A DNA stretch of 61,244 nucleotides from the NCBI GenBank assembly GCA_014730235.1, contig WJIO01000421.1:1-61244 (forward strand), written 5' to 3'. The translations under genes and the position numbers were made by a program. Each line of letters opens with the position of its first letter. Within the stretch, counting starts at the first letter, position 1. The notes beneath the pieces are model-generated. The model did not search any database, had not been told where the DNA came from, and saw nothing but the letters and a program-made list of their open reading frames with translations. Below are positions 39,098 through 49,600 of the stretch, in pieces. Source of the stretch: Candidatus Poribacteria bacterium (lineage in GTDB: Bacteria; Poribacteria; DTPJ01; WJIO01).

Positions 39098-39216
39098 ATA
39101 CCATTTCATCCTCTTAAAATATATAAAATTGGCATGCAGCTTGCAAAAATAGCTTGTTGTGTTTATAAAAATCTGCTTGTATACAATATCTATATCTATA
39201 AGGAGGATTAATAATC

Positions 39217-40269
39217 ATGAGAAAGCTTTTTGTTCTCATAATTTCTATTTTGATGGCTTTAACAATACAGGCCTTTGCGTGTTTTAATCCCACCGATATT
39301 TTTGCTACAGAAGTAGTATTAAACAAACCGGGAATTAATTACGACCTGACATTAATAAAGGCGGCTGATAACGTTACATCGAAAGATGGAACTTATTCTT
39401 ACCGTTCCCATTATGACAGTCGGGTTGCTGTAATTCTGGAAGAGATCAATGAGGGGGAACCGGTAAATTTAAAGGGATTAAGCGTTAGAGTGCAGATACC
39501 CACCCGGGAAACCAGAAGAGTTAATATTGTAGCCAGTGTTGAATTTGAATTGGAAGGTTTAATTGTGGATAACCTGGATAAAGATTTGCTAACTTCCCTG
39601 GGCTACAGTATTGATGTTGATGATATGGAAATTTTCAGACCAGAGGAACCGGGTGATATTGAAGATCCTATATCTCCAATTAATAACGCCGTTTTTCTGG
39701 AAAAAGATAATATTTTAATATCTATGATGGATATTGTAGTTTCTGATAGAAATAAAGTTATAGCGAGGTTCGAAGTCATAGATCAGCGGGAAATTGGCGA
39801 ACAACAGGTCAATGAATTTGGGCATATACTTAAATCCTTTGGTGTTGATGAATCGGTTATAGGTCAGATGTCTGAGAGTATAGAAAAATATGAAAATCAG
39901 GATCTAGCCGAAGCCGTTGATTTGGATAAAGAGAGTTTTGATTTCAAATCAGCCCTTAGAACCGAATTGGATTGGCTTAACATCAATGAAATCATAAAGG
40001 GTATTGAAAGAGAAGATATTACAGCTATTGCTGATATTGCAGAAGCGGGTTATGCTGGATGGAACTCAAGAATAGTTTACGACAGCGGTAAATGGATACC
40101 CTATGTCCAGACAGATAATCCCACTGTATTCCGGTCGCAGGACTGCGGGGGTTTTGACCCTGAAATTCTACCCTGGAATAATGAATCAATTATATTGCCA
40201 GCACCTAGCAGCGTCAGTCCAGAAGCTAAAGCTGTTATGACATGGAGCAGTATTAAGAACGGTATGTAA
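39217..40269 (+). CDS. Secreted hypothetical protein with C-terminal TWSSIK tail
   Basis: GGAGG RBS, signal peptide ending AFA-C, acidic body, ends SSVSPEAKAVMTWSSIKNGM. Confidence 0.75.
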   Translation: MRKLFVLIISILMALTIQAFACFNPTDIFATEVVLNKPGINYDLTLIKAADNVTSKDGTYSYRSHYDSRVAVILEEINEGEPVNLKGLSVRVQIPTRETRRVNIVASVEFELEGLIVDNLDKDLLTSLGYSIDVDDMEIFRPEEPGDIEDPISPINNAVFLEKDNILISMMDIVVSDRNKVIARFEVIDQREIGEQQVNEFGHILKSFGVDESVIGQMSESIEKYENQDLAEAVDLDKESFDFKSALRTELDWLNINEIIKGIEREDITAIADIAEAGYAGWNSRIVYDSGKWIPYVQTDNPTVFRSQDCGGFDPEILPWNNESIILPAPSSVSPEAKAVMTWSSIKNGM

Positions 40270-40299
40270 TACCATCATCCAAATTTAGCTTTGTATAAT

Positions 40300-40341
40300 A
40301 AACATTGTAGTGACACAGCACGCTGTGTCACTACAATGTTT
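40300..40341. terminator. Perfect 20-bp palindrome (GTAG-type REP-like) between convergent genes
   Basis: AAACATTGTAGTGACACAGC-AC-GCTGTGTCACTACAATGTTT. Confidence 0.65.
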
Positions 40342-40408
40342 GATTTATCTGGTGCCTTTGGGATATAAGTCAGCGCGTATCTGACAATACAATTACATTG
40401 AATTCAAG

Positions 40409-41515
40409 TTATTTGACCAATGCCCTCTTAGCCATCTGGCGACCTGTCCGGGTTAAGTATAGCCGTCCATTTTCCTGTTCGACTATATCTCTTTGTTTTG
40501 CATGAGTCAAAACCTTTTGGGCATATTCCCTGTCCCAGCCCACATGTTCATGCAGATGATCAACTCTGTTCTCAGTAGCTGATTCTGGCAGGTTTTCATG
40601 ATTAAACAGATGAACGGCAAGAGTCCACAGGGCAAATTCCCACCTGTTACGGGCATGTCTACGAGCCAGAGCAACCATACCCCGCTCCGGTGCAAAAAGA
40701 AGCCCCAGTATAAAGAAAATGCCAGTCATTGTAGCCATACATCCGGCTATGGAAGCATCCATAAAACGGGCCAGCCAGTATCCACTTATTCCGCTAATCA
40801 CACCTATTGACACACTTAAGCCCAGCATCCACATAAGGCTGTCAGTCAACAGGTATGCGGTGGCCGGGGGTGCGATCATCAAAGCAACAACAAGTATCGA
40901 TCCTACAGCTTCAAAAGCCCCAACGGTGGTAATAGAAACCAGGGACATAAGGGTATAGTGGATAAAAACAGGAGAAAATCCCAGAGCAGCCGCTAGTCCA
41001 GAATCGAAGGTGGCCAGCTTAAGCTCCTTGTAGAAAAGAGCGATAAAGAGAATATTAACTAGAAGCACAGCGGACATAACATACAGAGCTTGAGGCCCCA
41101 GATCGTATCCTGAAATCACAATACGGTTAAAAGGTGCAAAGGCTAATTCACCTAGTAGTACCGCGTCGGTATCCAGATGTACATTACCGGCATACCGGGC
41201 AATTAATATTACCCCGATACTGAAAAGCACCGGAAAGACAAGCCCTATGGCTGCATCTTCCTTTACCAGTCTGGTTCGGTTAAGCAGTTCCACCAATACC
41301 ACAGTTATTACTCCGGTAAAAGCCGCGGCGATTATAAGAAAAGGTGATGCAATGTTCTTTGTGACAAAAAAAGCCAAGACTATTCCTACAAGTATAGCGT
41401 GACTTATGGCATCACTCATTAAAGCCATTCTGCGCAGGACAAGAAAAACCCCCGGTAAAGCACACGCAGCCGCTACAACCGATGCAATAAGCTGAATTTC
41501 TATTTCTGCATTCAT
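40409..41515 (-). CDS. troD: Mn/Zn/Fe ABC transporter permease (TroD/MntD-like) with C-terminal winged-helix extension
   Basis: GVFLVLRRMALMSDAISHA.L.G, EDAAIG, F..VG.ILV.A.MI.PPATA. Confidence 0.85.
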   Translation of the reverse strand: MNAEIEIQLIASVVAAACALPGVFLVLRRMALMSDAISHAILVGIVLAFFVTKNIASPFLIIAAAFTGVITVVLVELLNRTRLVKEDAAIGLVFPVLFSIGVILIARYAGNVHLDTDAVLLGELAFAPFNRIVISGYDLGPQALYVMSAVLLVNILFIALFYKELKLATFDSGLAAALGFSPVFIHYTLMSLVSITTVGAFEAVGSILVVALMIAPPATAYLLTDSLMWMLGLSVSIGVISGISGYWLARFMDASIAGCMATMTGIFFILGLLFAPERGMVALARRHARNRWEFALWTLAVHLFNHENLPESATENRVDHLHEHVGWDREYAQKVLTHAKQRDIVEQENGRLYLTRTGRQMAKRALVK

Positions 41516-42651
41516 ACCTTCTTAACCTCTCTATGCTCCAGAATACGGTTTATTTCTTTTACTCCTCCCTGGGTTAAAGCCCATTCATCTTCATTTATAT
41601 TTTGCACCAGTCCTCTCCGTTCAAGTTCTTCCAGGCTTCGTTCTACACCACCCTGACCCATGCTCATAGTATTAAGCACAGATGCGGGATGACCGTGAGA
41701 TAAATCCTCATGTTGTTCCGCCAGCATACCCAGATCCAACAACACAGCTTCCAGGCGCAGACGCCTGTTGTTGCGTCGCTCCCTGAACCAACGCCACAGC
41801 AATCCCCGATTTGGGGCCAGAGTCATGGATACTGCTACAACAAAACTTATACACAGTACTATAGTAGGGCCAGTGGGGAGATGTGCTGTTACACTGCTGA
41901 TAATTGCCCCACTCATACCAGCTAATGCGCCAAAAACTGCCGATAATGCCACCATCAAACCCAGCTTATCAGTCCACTGACGCGCTGACGCTGCCGGTGC
42001 AACTATCATGGCACTCATCAATACAACCCCTACAGTCTGAAGCCCCAGCACAATAGCCACCACTAGAAGTCCGGTAAGAATGAAATCCAGCTTTTTTATA
42101 GGAAAACCAAGGCTCGAACCAAACTCCGAATCAAAGCTCAGCAGCTTAAATTCCTTCCAGAATACCATCATAATGATTAATACAGCCGCTCCCAGCAAAC
42201 CCATGATAATAACATCCCGCTCCATAAGGGTTGCAGCCTGACCAAAAAGAAAATTATCCAGACCGGCTTGAGTCGCTTTAGGCATTTTCTGAATAAAAGT
42301 CAAAAGCACAAGACCAAAACCGAAAAATACCGAAAGCACTATGCCCAACGCGCTGTCATCTTTTATACGTGTCTTGTTGAGAACTGCCATGATAAACAAA
42401 GTTCCCACCCAACCTGCTGCCGCTGCTCCCAGGATAAGCACAAGTGGAGCTTTACTTCCGGTTAGAATAAAGGCGATAGCTATACCAGGCAGGGCGGCAT
42501 GGGACATGGCATCACCTAAAAGGCTTTGTTTTCGCAATACAGCATAAACACCTAAGGCCCCGCTGACAATTCCCAGTATGCCGGAACCCAGAGCGACAGT
42601 GCGCAAAGTATAGTCGAACATAAGACCTTTAAGTATTTGCATTAGATTCAT
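41512..42651 (-). CDS. troC: Mn/Zn/Fe ABC transporter permease (TroC/MntC-like) with C-terminal winged-helix extension
   Basis: [46 protein letters not shown]. Confidence 0.85.
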   Translation of the reverse strand: MNLMQILKGLMFDYTLRTVALGSGILGIVSGALGVYAVLRKQSLLGDAMSHAALPGIAIAFILTGSKAPLVLILGAAAAGWVGTLFIMAVLNKTRIKDDSALGIVLSVFFGFGLVLLTFIQKMPKATQAGLDNFLFGQAATLMERDVIIMGLLGAAVLIIMMVFWKEFKLLSFDSEFGSSLGFPIKKLDFILTGLLVVAIVLGLQTVGVVLMSAMIVAPAASARQWTDKLGLMVALSAVFGALAGMSGAIISSVTAHLPTGPTIVLCISFVVAVSMTLAPNRGLLWRWFRERRNNRRLRLEAVLLDLGMLAEQHEDLSHGHPASVLNTMSMGQGGVERSLEELERRGLVQNINEDEWALTQGGVKEINRILEHREVKKV

Positions 42652-43445
42652 TGTTTATCACCATCTGACAAAGAATTCTTCTGCTCTTTCGATTCTCTGG
42701 AAAAAGCCACCCGACCTGCATAAGTCAGGTGCAGATTTTCGTCAGTAAATACCTCTGCTACAGGTCCACTGGCAATACTACGGACATTCAGGAGAGTTAC
42801 CCAGTCGAAATATTCAATAACCGTCTGTAAATCATGATGAACTACAGCAACAGTCCGACCATCGGAGCGCAATTGCTGTAAAAGTTCCACAATTGCCTTT
42901 TCTGTTGTAGCATCTACACCCTGAAAAGGCTCATCCATCAGGTACACTTTGGCATCCTGAACCAAAGCCCGGGCCAGGAATACCCTCTGTTGTTGGCCAC
43001 CGGAAAGCTGGCTTATCTGGCGATTGGCGAAGTCCTGCATCCTCACCTTTTCCAGGGCCTGCATGGCCAGTTCCCGATCTTCTCTGCCGGGACGGCGTAT
43101 CCATCCGATGATACCGTATCTACCCATCATTACCACATCAAGAACACTTGTAGGAAAATCCCAATCCACACTTTCCCTCTGTGGAACATAACCTACAAGG
43201 CTTCGTTGTTGTTGGTATGGCTTGCCGTATATAAGCACCTGGCCTGCCGCAGGTTTAACCAGACCAAGTATAGATTTAATCAGTGTTGTCTTACCTGCGC
43301 CGTTGGGACCTACGATAGCCATCAATACCCCCGGCGGAACATTCAGATCAATATCCCATAATACGGGTTTATCACGATAAGCAACGGTTAGATCGTCAAC
43401 TCTAATTGCTTTTATTTCTTCATTATCCATGTTTTCCTCTTCCAT
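42648..43445 (-). CDS. troB: Metal ABC transporter ATP-binding protein (TroB/MntB)
   Basis: Walker [17 protein letters not shown] signature, LMDEP, HHDL. Confidence 0.92.
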   Translation of the reverse strand: MEEENMDNEEIKAIRVDDLTVAYRDKPVLWDIDLNVPPGVLMAIVGPNGAGKTTLIKSILGLVKPAAGQVLIYGKPYQQQRSLVGYVPQRESVDWDFPTSVLDVVMMGRYGIIGWIRRPGREDRELAMQALEKVRMQDFANRQISQLSGGQQQRVFLARALVQDAKVYLMDEPFQGVDATTEKAIVELLQQLRSDGRTVAVVHHDLQTVIEYFDWVTLLNVRSIASGPVAEVFTDENLHLTYAGRVAFSRESKEQKNSLSDGDKQ

Positions 43446-43453
43446 GAATTTTA

Positions 43454-44416
43454 TTATTCCAGCAGAGAATTCACAATGGTATCGATATTATGTTTAACCA
43501 TACCAATGTAAGTTCCTTCAGGTGTATTGGGGTTACCCATTGCGTCGGAAAATAATTCACCACCAATTTCCACATCAAAGCCCCTAGATTTAACTGCCGC
43601 CTGAACTGCCTCAATATTTCGTTGAGGTACAGATGATTCTACAAATATAGCCGGAATTTTTCGTTCGGCAATAAAACTGGCTAAACTCTGGACATCCGCG
43701 GTTCCAGCTTCTGAAGCAGTGCTTATTCCCTGCAATCCCCTTACTTCAAAACCATAAGCGCTTCCAAAATAATTAAAAGCATCATGGGCTGTAATCAAGA
43801 CCCTTTTTTCAGCAGGAACTTTTTCCGCCTGATTTTTGACATATTCATGTAATTGTTTCAGTTCGTTAATATATTTTTCGGCATTTTGCTCATAGGTTGT
43901 CTGATTTTTTGTATCCAACTGGATCAATGAGTTCTTAATAGTTTGGGCGGCAGTTATCCATAAAGATATATCAAACCATATATGGGGATCATGAGCACCT
44001 TCAAATCCTGGTGGTGATTTTAGCAGGGATGGATTTACATCCTTTGTTATCGCTACAGTTTTAATGCCTCTACCTTGCATCTGCTCAAATACCTCAGCCA
44101 TTTTTCCCTCAAGATGCAGACCGTTGTAGAATATAATATCGGCTTCAGAAAGCCGACGCATATCACCTGCACTGGCTTTATATAAATGGGGATCAACACC
44201 GGGGCCCATAAGTCCTGTTACCTGTATCAGATCACCGCCGATCATCTCTGTGGTATTGGTAATCATGCCTGTAGTAGTGACAATTTTTAATTTTCCCTGG
44301 GATTTATCGGTGGCAGCTTTTTTGTCTTCTTTTGAACAACCGTTTGTTATCAAAATAAAAACTGAAAATATAAAAATTAAAGCACAAAGTTTTGATAATG
44401 AGCTTTTTTTCATCAT
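43454..44416 (-). CDS. troA: Metal ABC transporter substrate-binding lipoprotein (TroA/MntA)
   Basis: Lipobox [41 protein letters not shown]; start taken at ATG 44416 with RBS. Confidence 0.9.
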   Translation of the reverse strand: MMKKSSLSKLCALIFIFSVFILITNGCSKEDKKAATDKSQGKLKIVTTTGMITNTTEMIGGDLIQVTGLMGPGVDPHLYKASAGDMRRLSEADIIFYNGLHLEGKMAEVFEQMQGRGIKTVAITKDVNPSLLKSPPGFEGAHDPHIWFDISLWITAAQTIKNSLIQLDTKNQTTYEQNAEKYINELKQLHEYVKNQAEKVPAEKRVLITAHDAFNYFGSAYGFEVRGLQGISTASEAGTADVQSLASFIAERKIPAIFVESSVPQRNIEAVQAAVKSRGFDVEIGGELFSDAMGNPNTPEGTYIGMVKHNIDTIVNSLLE

Positions 44417-44508
44417 ACATCCTTTCCCGGCAAATAATATCATTCTCTATCTTTGCTTGGTCATATTTTAACGACTACATAATGTAAATAACAGAAGATT
44501 AACAAGAT

Positions 44509-44538
44509 ATATATAAGTATTATATATTGTTTTGTCAA
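44509..44538 (-). promoter_or_regulatory. Candidate tro operon promoter (-35 TTGACA) overlapping an AT-rich palindrome
   Basis: TTGACA on the minus strand at 44533-44538; ATATATAA-GTA-TTATATAT at 44509-44527 covers the spacer and -10 region. Confidence 0.35.
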
Positions 44539-44647
44539 GTCCTTTTTCTCTGAATTTAACAATGCGTTAGAACTCCAAATATGATATAATTCCCTATCGA
44601 CCTTTGGTAATTTTAAAATTATCTATATACTTACATGGAGAGTAAGG

Positions 44648-46567
44648 ATGGAGCAAAGCAAATTTAATTTAGGTCAGGATAAAAGATCCGTCGGTGTTAC
44701 CTGGAGAGCATTGCTGATAGGGATAATCCTTATTCCCATAAACGTATACTGGATTATGGATTCAGGTGGACAGGGCTATCCCACAACTGTATCCCTCTAT
44801 TTCAACGTTATCTTTTGTGTATTTTTATTAATAATTCTGAACCATATTACTAGTCGTATCTTTCCCAAATTAAGCTTCAGTCAGGGAGAATTACTGGCAG
44901 TTTACGTTATGCTTTCAGTATCCTCATCCATAGCTGGACATGATATGATGAGAGTCTTATCATCAATGCCAGCCCATCCGTTCTGGTATGCAACTCCCGA
45001 AAACGAATGGCAGGAGCTTTTTCATAGATATATACCCACATGGCTTTCTGTTTCAGATAAGAATATGCTGAACGACTACTTTAAGGGTGATTCCAGTTTT
45101 TACAGTATGCAAAACCTTAAATTCTGGCTTAAACCAGTGTTGTGGTGGAGTTCCTTTGTCTTTTGCCTACTTTTCGTTATGCTTTGTGTAAATACTATAG
45201 TCCGTCGTCAATGGACAGAACAGGAAAAGCTCAGTTATCCAATTATACAGTTGCCTTTGGAAATGACAACCAGCGGTGGTATAAAGGGTTTGATGCTGAA
45301 TAAGCTTATGTGGATCGGTTTTGGTTTGGCGGCTGTTGTAGATATAATAAATGGTCTTAATTTTCTGTATCCCTCCGTTCCCAGCATTGGCGGCAAATTA
45401 TACGACCTGCGACCTTTTTTTACTACAAAACCCTGGGATGCTATCGGTTGGACTCCTGTTGCTGTGTTTCCCTTTGCCATTGGCATTGCATTTTTCATAC
45501 CCCTTGATCTTTCCTTTTCATGCTGGTTCTTCTATTTATTCTGGAAGGTTCAGCGTATTCTCGGTTCAATTCTGGGACTCAGAAGTCTGCCGCGCTTTCC
45601 ATATATTGAAGAGCAGGCTTTTGGTGCATATATGGGATTATTTGTCATAGCCATATGGGCTACCAGAAAACATCTGATGGAAGTCATTAAGAAATTCTCC
45701 GGAATAAAATCCAGGGTTGATGATACCAAAGAACCGCTTCCCTACAGGTGGGCAGTTCTTGGTTTAATAGTCGCTTTTGCTTATCTGGTTGGATTTTGCT
45801 ATGTGGCCGGCATGTCCATATGGGTAGCAGTTTTATTTTTTGTAATATATTACGCAATTTCAACGGCAATATGCCGCATGAGGGCGGAATTAGGATCACC
45901 TGTCCACGATCTGCATTTCATTGGCCCTGATCAAACACTTCCCAAAATATTTGGCACTCGCCATCTGGGCGCAGCCAATCTTACCATGTTTGCATATCTT
46001 TATTTCTTCAACAGAGCATACAGAGGACACCCTATGCCGCATCAATTGGAGGGATTCAAGCTGGCCGAAAGGACAGGCATGAATTCCCGGCGGCTTCTTA
46101 TTGCAATGGTTATATCTGTTCCACTGGCGGCTCTGGCTTCGTTCTGGGCGCACCTGGATATATCCTATCGGGTTGGCGCGCCGGCCTGGTTTGCATGGGA
46201 ACCTTTTAACCGTCTCCAGAGCTTTTTATCCGCACCACAACCGCCGGATTATGGGGCAATTGTGGCATCCAACGTAGGATTTATTACCACGATTTTGTTG
46301 ATGTTTATGCGGGTTAAATTTTTCTGGTGGCCCTTTCATCCGGCCGGTTACGCTGTATCTAGTAGCTGGTCAATGAATGTGTTCTGGTTTTCCATAATGT
46401 TAAGCTTCTTTGCTAAGTATATCATAATGAAATCAGGTGGGATCAAGACACATAGAAAAGCTATTCCCTTTTTTCTTGGGCTTATACTGGGTGAATTTAT
46501 TGTGGGAAGCGTTTGGAGCATAATTGGTGTATCCATGCACAGACCCATGTATAGATTTCTATATTAA
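44648..46567 (+). CDS. DUF6785/DUF6784-type membrane protein, paralog 3
   Basis: Same motif series (WYATPENEWQ, QWTEQEKLSYP, RMRAELG, HPMPHQLEGFK, PFHPAGY). Confidence 0.75.
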   Translation: MEQSKFNLGQDKRSVGVTWRALLIGIILIPINVYWIMDSGGQGYPTTVSLYFNVIFCVFLLIILNHITSRIFPKLSFSQGELLAVYVMLSVSSSIAGHDMMRVLSSMPAHPFWYATPENEWQELFHRYIPTWLSVSDKNMLNDYFKGDSSFYSMQNLKFWLKPVLWWSSFVFCLLFVMLCVNTIVRRQWTEQEKLSYPIIQLPLEMTTSGGIKGLMLNKLMWIGFGLAAVVDIINGLNFLYPSVPSIGGKLYDLRPFFTTKPWDAIGWTPVAVFPFAIGIAFFIPLDLSFSCWFFYLFWKVQRILGSILGLRSLPRFPYIEEQAFGAYMGLFVIAIWATRKHLMEVIKKFSGIKSRVDDTKEPLPYRWAVLGLIVAFAYLVGFCYVAGMSIWVAVLFFVIYYAISTAICRMRAELGSPVHDLHFIGPDQTLPKIFGTRHLGAANLTMFAYLYFFNRAYRGHPMPHQLEGFKLAERTGMNSRRLLIAMVISVPLAALASFWAHLDISYRVGAPAWFAWEPFNRLQSFLSAPQPPDYGAIVASNVGFITTILLMFMRVKFFWWPFHPAGYAVSSSWSMNVFWFSIMLSFFAKYIIMKSGGIKTHRKAIPFFLGLILGEFIVGSVWSIIGVSMHRPMYRFLY

Positions 46568-46660
46568 TCATGCCTGAAAATATGTAAACCCTTTTTTTCA
46601 TTATGCGTTTTAAGAAGTCGTAAGCAAAGATAATTCCCTAACTTGATCAGGAGTTGTATA

Positions 46661-49600
46661 TTGCATAGCATATCCAAAATCCGGTGCGACAAGAAATTAA
46701 AATTATTTACCCCACCGTTATTTTTGTTGTATATAATCATTTATGGATTAACGGTTTTTTGTCCATCCTTTGCCAAAGAAGCTAAAACCGAATTATCAGC
46801 AAAAAAACATGATAAATTTAATATACATCTTTTGCAAAAAGACGAAACTCTATCCCATGTAGCTCTAAGATATTACAAGGATATTTCAATGGTAGGATTG
46901 CTGGCAAGGTATAATGATATAAACGATGTGCGGCGTATACCCGAAGGCAAAGAAATTAAAGTTCCCTATGAAATTTCATATACAATCAAACCCAATGATT
47001 CATTATCGGAGATAGCCCAGAAACTTCTGGGAAGCTGGCAGAAATACAGCATAATTGCTGAATATAATAAGCTGGAAGATCCCGGATTTGTGATCGCTGG
47101 TAGAGTTTTGAGGATACCGCTGCTTAAGCCTGATACTGAACCCCCAGAACCAGAAGCACCCCCTGCTGAAGTTGTGGAAGAAGACAAGCCAGAAGAACCT
47201 GAAAGAAAGAAAGTAGAAAAAGAATATCCAGTCGTTACCGAATCAGAAAAAGAAGAGAAAACCAAAGAGATAATAGAACCTACAAAAGAAACAGAAGAAG
47301 ATGTTTCCACAGAACCGGATGTAGATATAGAAAAAGAAACTAAACCGGAAACGGTGGTTGAGCCGCAGGAACCGGTTGAGGTAGAAACTGAAACCAAAGT
47401 TATTCCGGAAATATCCGAAGAACCCCCATCCCCTGCCTCAACGGAAGAATTAAAACAGGAAAAACCCAAAGACCATACCGCACCTATAGGCCCTATGCCT
47501 CAATCCAAATTCAGACTCGTCAGGGTAAAGCCAGATGATAAGGAAGAAGAAATCATACAGGAAGAATTTGGTGTGGAGCAGGAATGGCCCCTGGCCTCCC
47601 CCTGGGCCAGAAAAAAACTACAACCATCAGAAGAGGAAATAACCGAACCGGACAGGCTGTCGGCTGTATTGGATGCACTGAAAACCTGGGATCGTCCTAT
47701 TGAGGAATTAGAGGATAGCAAAAAAGCCCGATTTGACGAAAAGGGCATAAACCTGCCTATGGATTCACTGCTTCAGGTAACAGGATATAAATCCATCACA
47801 ATCCAGTATAATAAAACCCACTATTTTGGAAAATCCGATATAAACCGATACAGCGGATATTATTCCGGTGGCTATGGTTCAGGCTTTTATGATTATGATT
47901 ACGGTTATGATTCCTATGGTTACGGTAGTAGCTACAATAGCTACAGCAGTGGTTACAGCAGTTATGGAAGCGGCTACAGTTCCTCCAGGTATGGTTATGG
48001 CTATGGTCAACGAGAAGGCCCAAATATTGAACAGGAATTTGACATTCATATTCATGGACGAGTTGGTAAGCATACTCATGTGGATGTTGATTACAATGAT
48101 ACCGGCAGATCTCAATATGGCGGAATGGGTCAGAAGGAGCAGAAAATTTCTGTGTGGTATGAGGGCGATCCGGAGGATATAATCCAAAGAGCTGCATTCG
48201 GTGACATTCGCCTTGAATTACCCAACAGTCGCTTTCTTAATATGGGCAGAACCCTCTTTGGCGCACAAATGGTGGCAAAATTGGGTGATCTTAAATTAAC
48301 TGCCTTTGGAACCAGAACCAAAGGTATCAAAGGAACCTGGACATCCAAAGGTCAGTCCAGAAGGGCCGGAGGTGGAACCGGTACCAGGATCATGGATATT
48401 AATTATATTAAAGAAAGATATTATGCCATAAATGTGGATGAAGACGGTTTTATTAATGATTCGTATTTACCAATAGAAACAGGCAGCGAGCAGATTTATA
48501 TAGACGATGGTATCGGTACAAATAACGATTCAGGTATATCAACAGCCCAGGGATATTTCGACTATCAATACCCCGGTGATGATTACAGCATTGATTACTC
48601 TACCGGACAGATAGAATTTTTAAAGAATATATCCACAGGTTTTAAAATTGTGGTAGCTTACAGATATCGGGGTGGTGATGGTGGTTCTGTGGGTAATCCG
48701 GATTCTGTATTTGTGGATGATGATGATGATGGTATAACGGATGGATTAGACGATCCTGATGATCCTGTGGGTTATGTAGTTATAAAAGATTCAGCGGCTC
48801 ATGGTTCGGAACTGCGGAATGTATACAGTCTTGGAAACAGGAATATCGGCAGACGCAACTTTGAATTAAGCATCTGGCGTGAGGGTGCAACGGATTCTTT
48901 TGAAACAGGTGATGGTAAGGTAGCATATATACGTATATTCGGCTTGGATTCGGACAACGACGGTCTGGTTGATCCTGAACTTATAGACTTTGAAAGGGGA
49001 ATACTTACTTTCCCAAATCCCAAACCCTTTATCATTGATGATCCTGCAAGTCCTTATTATCAATACAGGGATGAATTAAATAACGAGGCAATATACTCAG
49101 AAAACCCCAACTATTCCGATCAGAAATACATTATCCAGGCGGATTATTCATACCAGACACCGAGTTTTTATCTTGGAAGATTAAATATAATACCTGAAAG
49201 TGAAGAAGTAAGGGTAAACGGTCAAAGATTGAATAGAAATACAGATTATATGATGATCTATGAGGTGGGCTCAGTAGAGATATTCAGGGAACTGGATGAA
49301 TATGACGAAATTACAATTGATTATGAATATATGCCTTTTGGCGGTCAATACCAGCAGACAATAGCAGGTATATGGGCTGAATATTCGTGGAAACCGGGCA
49401 AGAAAAAGGAAGAAAAGAAAAAAACTCACACAGATATGTATAGGGAAGACGGGGCCAGTCCCTTCTCCCAGGATACAGACAGCAGTGATTCCGACTACAG
49501 TCGTTATGGAAGCTCAAGCTCAAGTTTCGGTAACTATGGGTCTTTTGGCGGCAGCTATAATAGCTATGGAAGCAGTTATGGAAGTAATTACGGTAGTTAT

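Noticed and set aside
44416-44648. Mn-sensing yybP-ykoY or other riboswitch upstream of troA
   Set aside because: The leader is very AT-rich, and I could not find the conserved paired elements.
48714-48732. GAT trinucleotide run as a contingency microsatellite
   Set aside because: It encodes an Asp-rich DDDDDG Ca-binding-like motif in frame; it is short and unit changes would not shift the frame.
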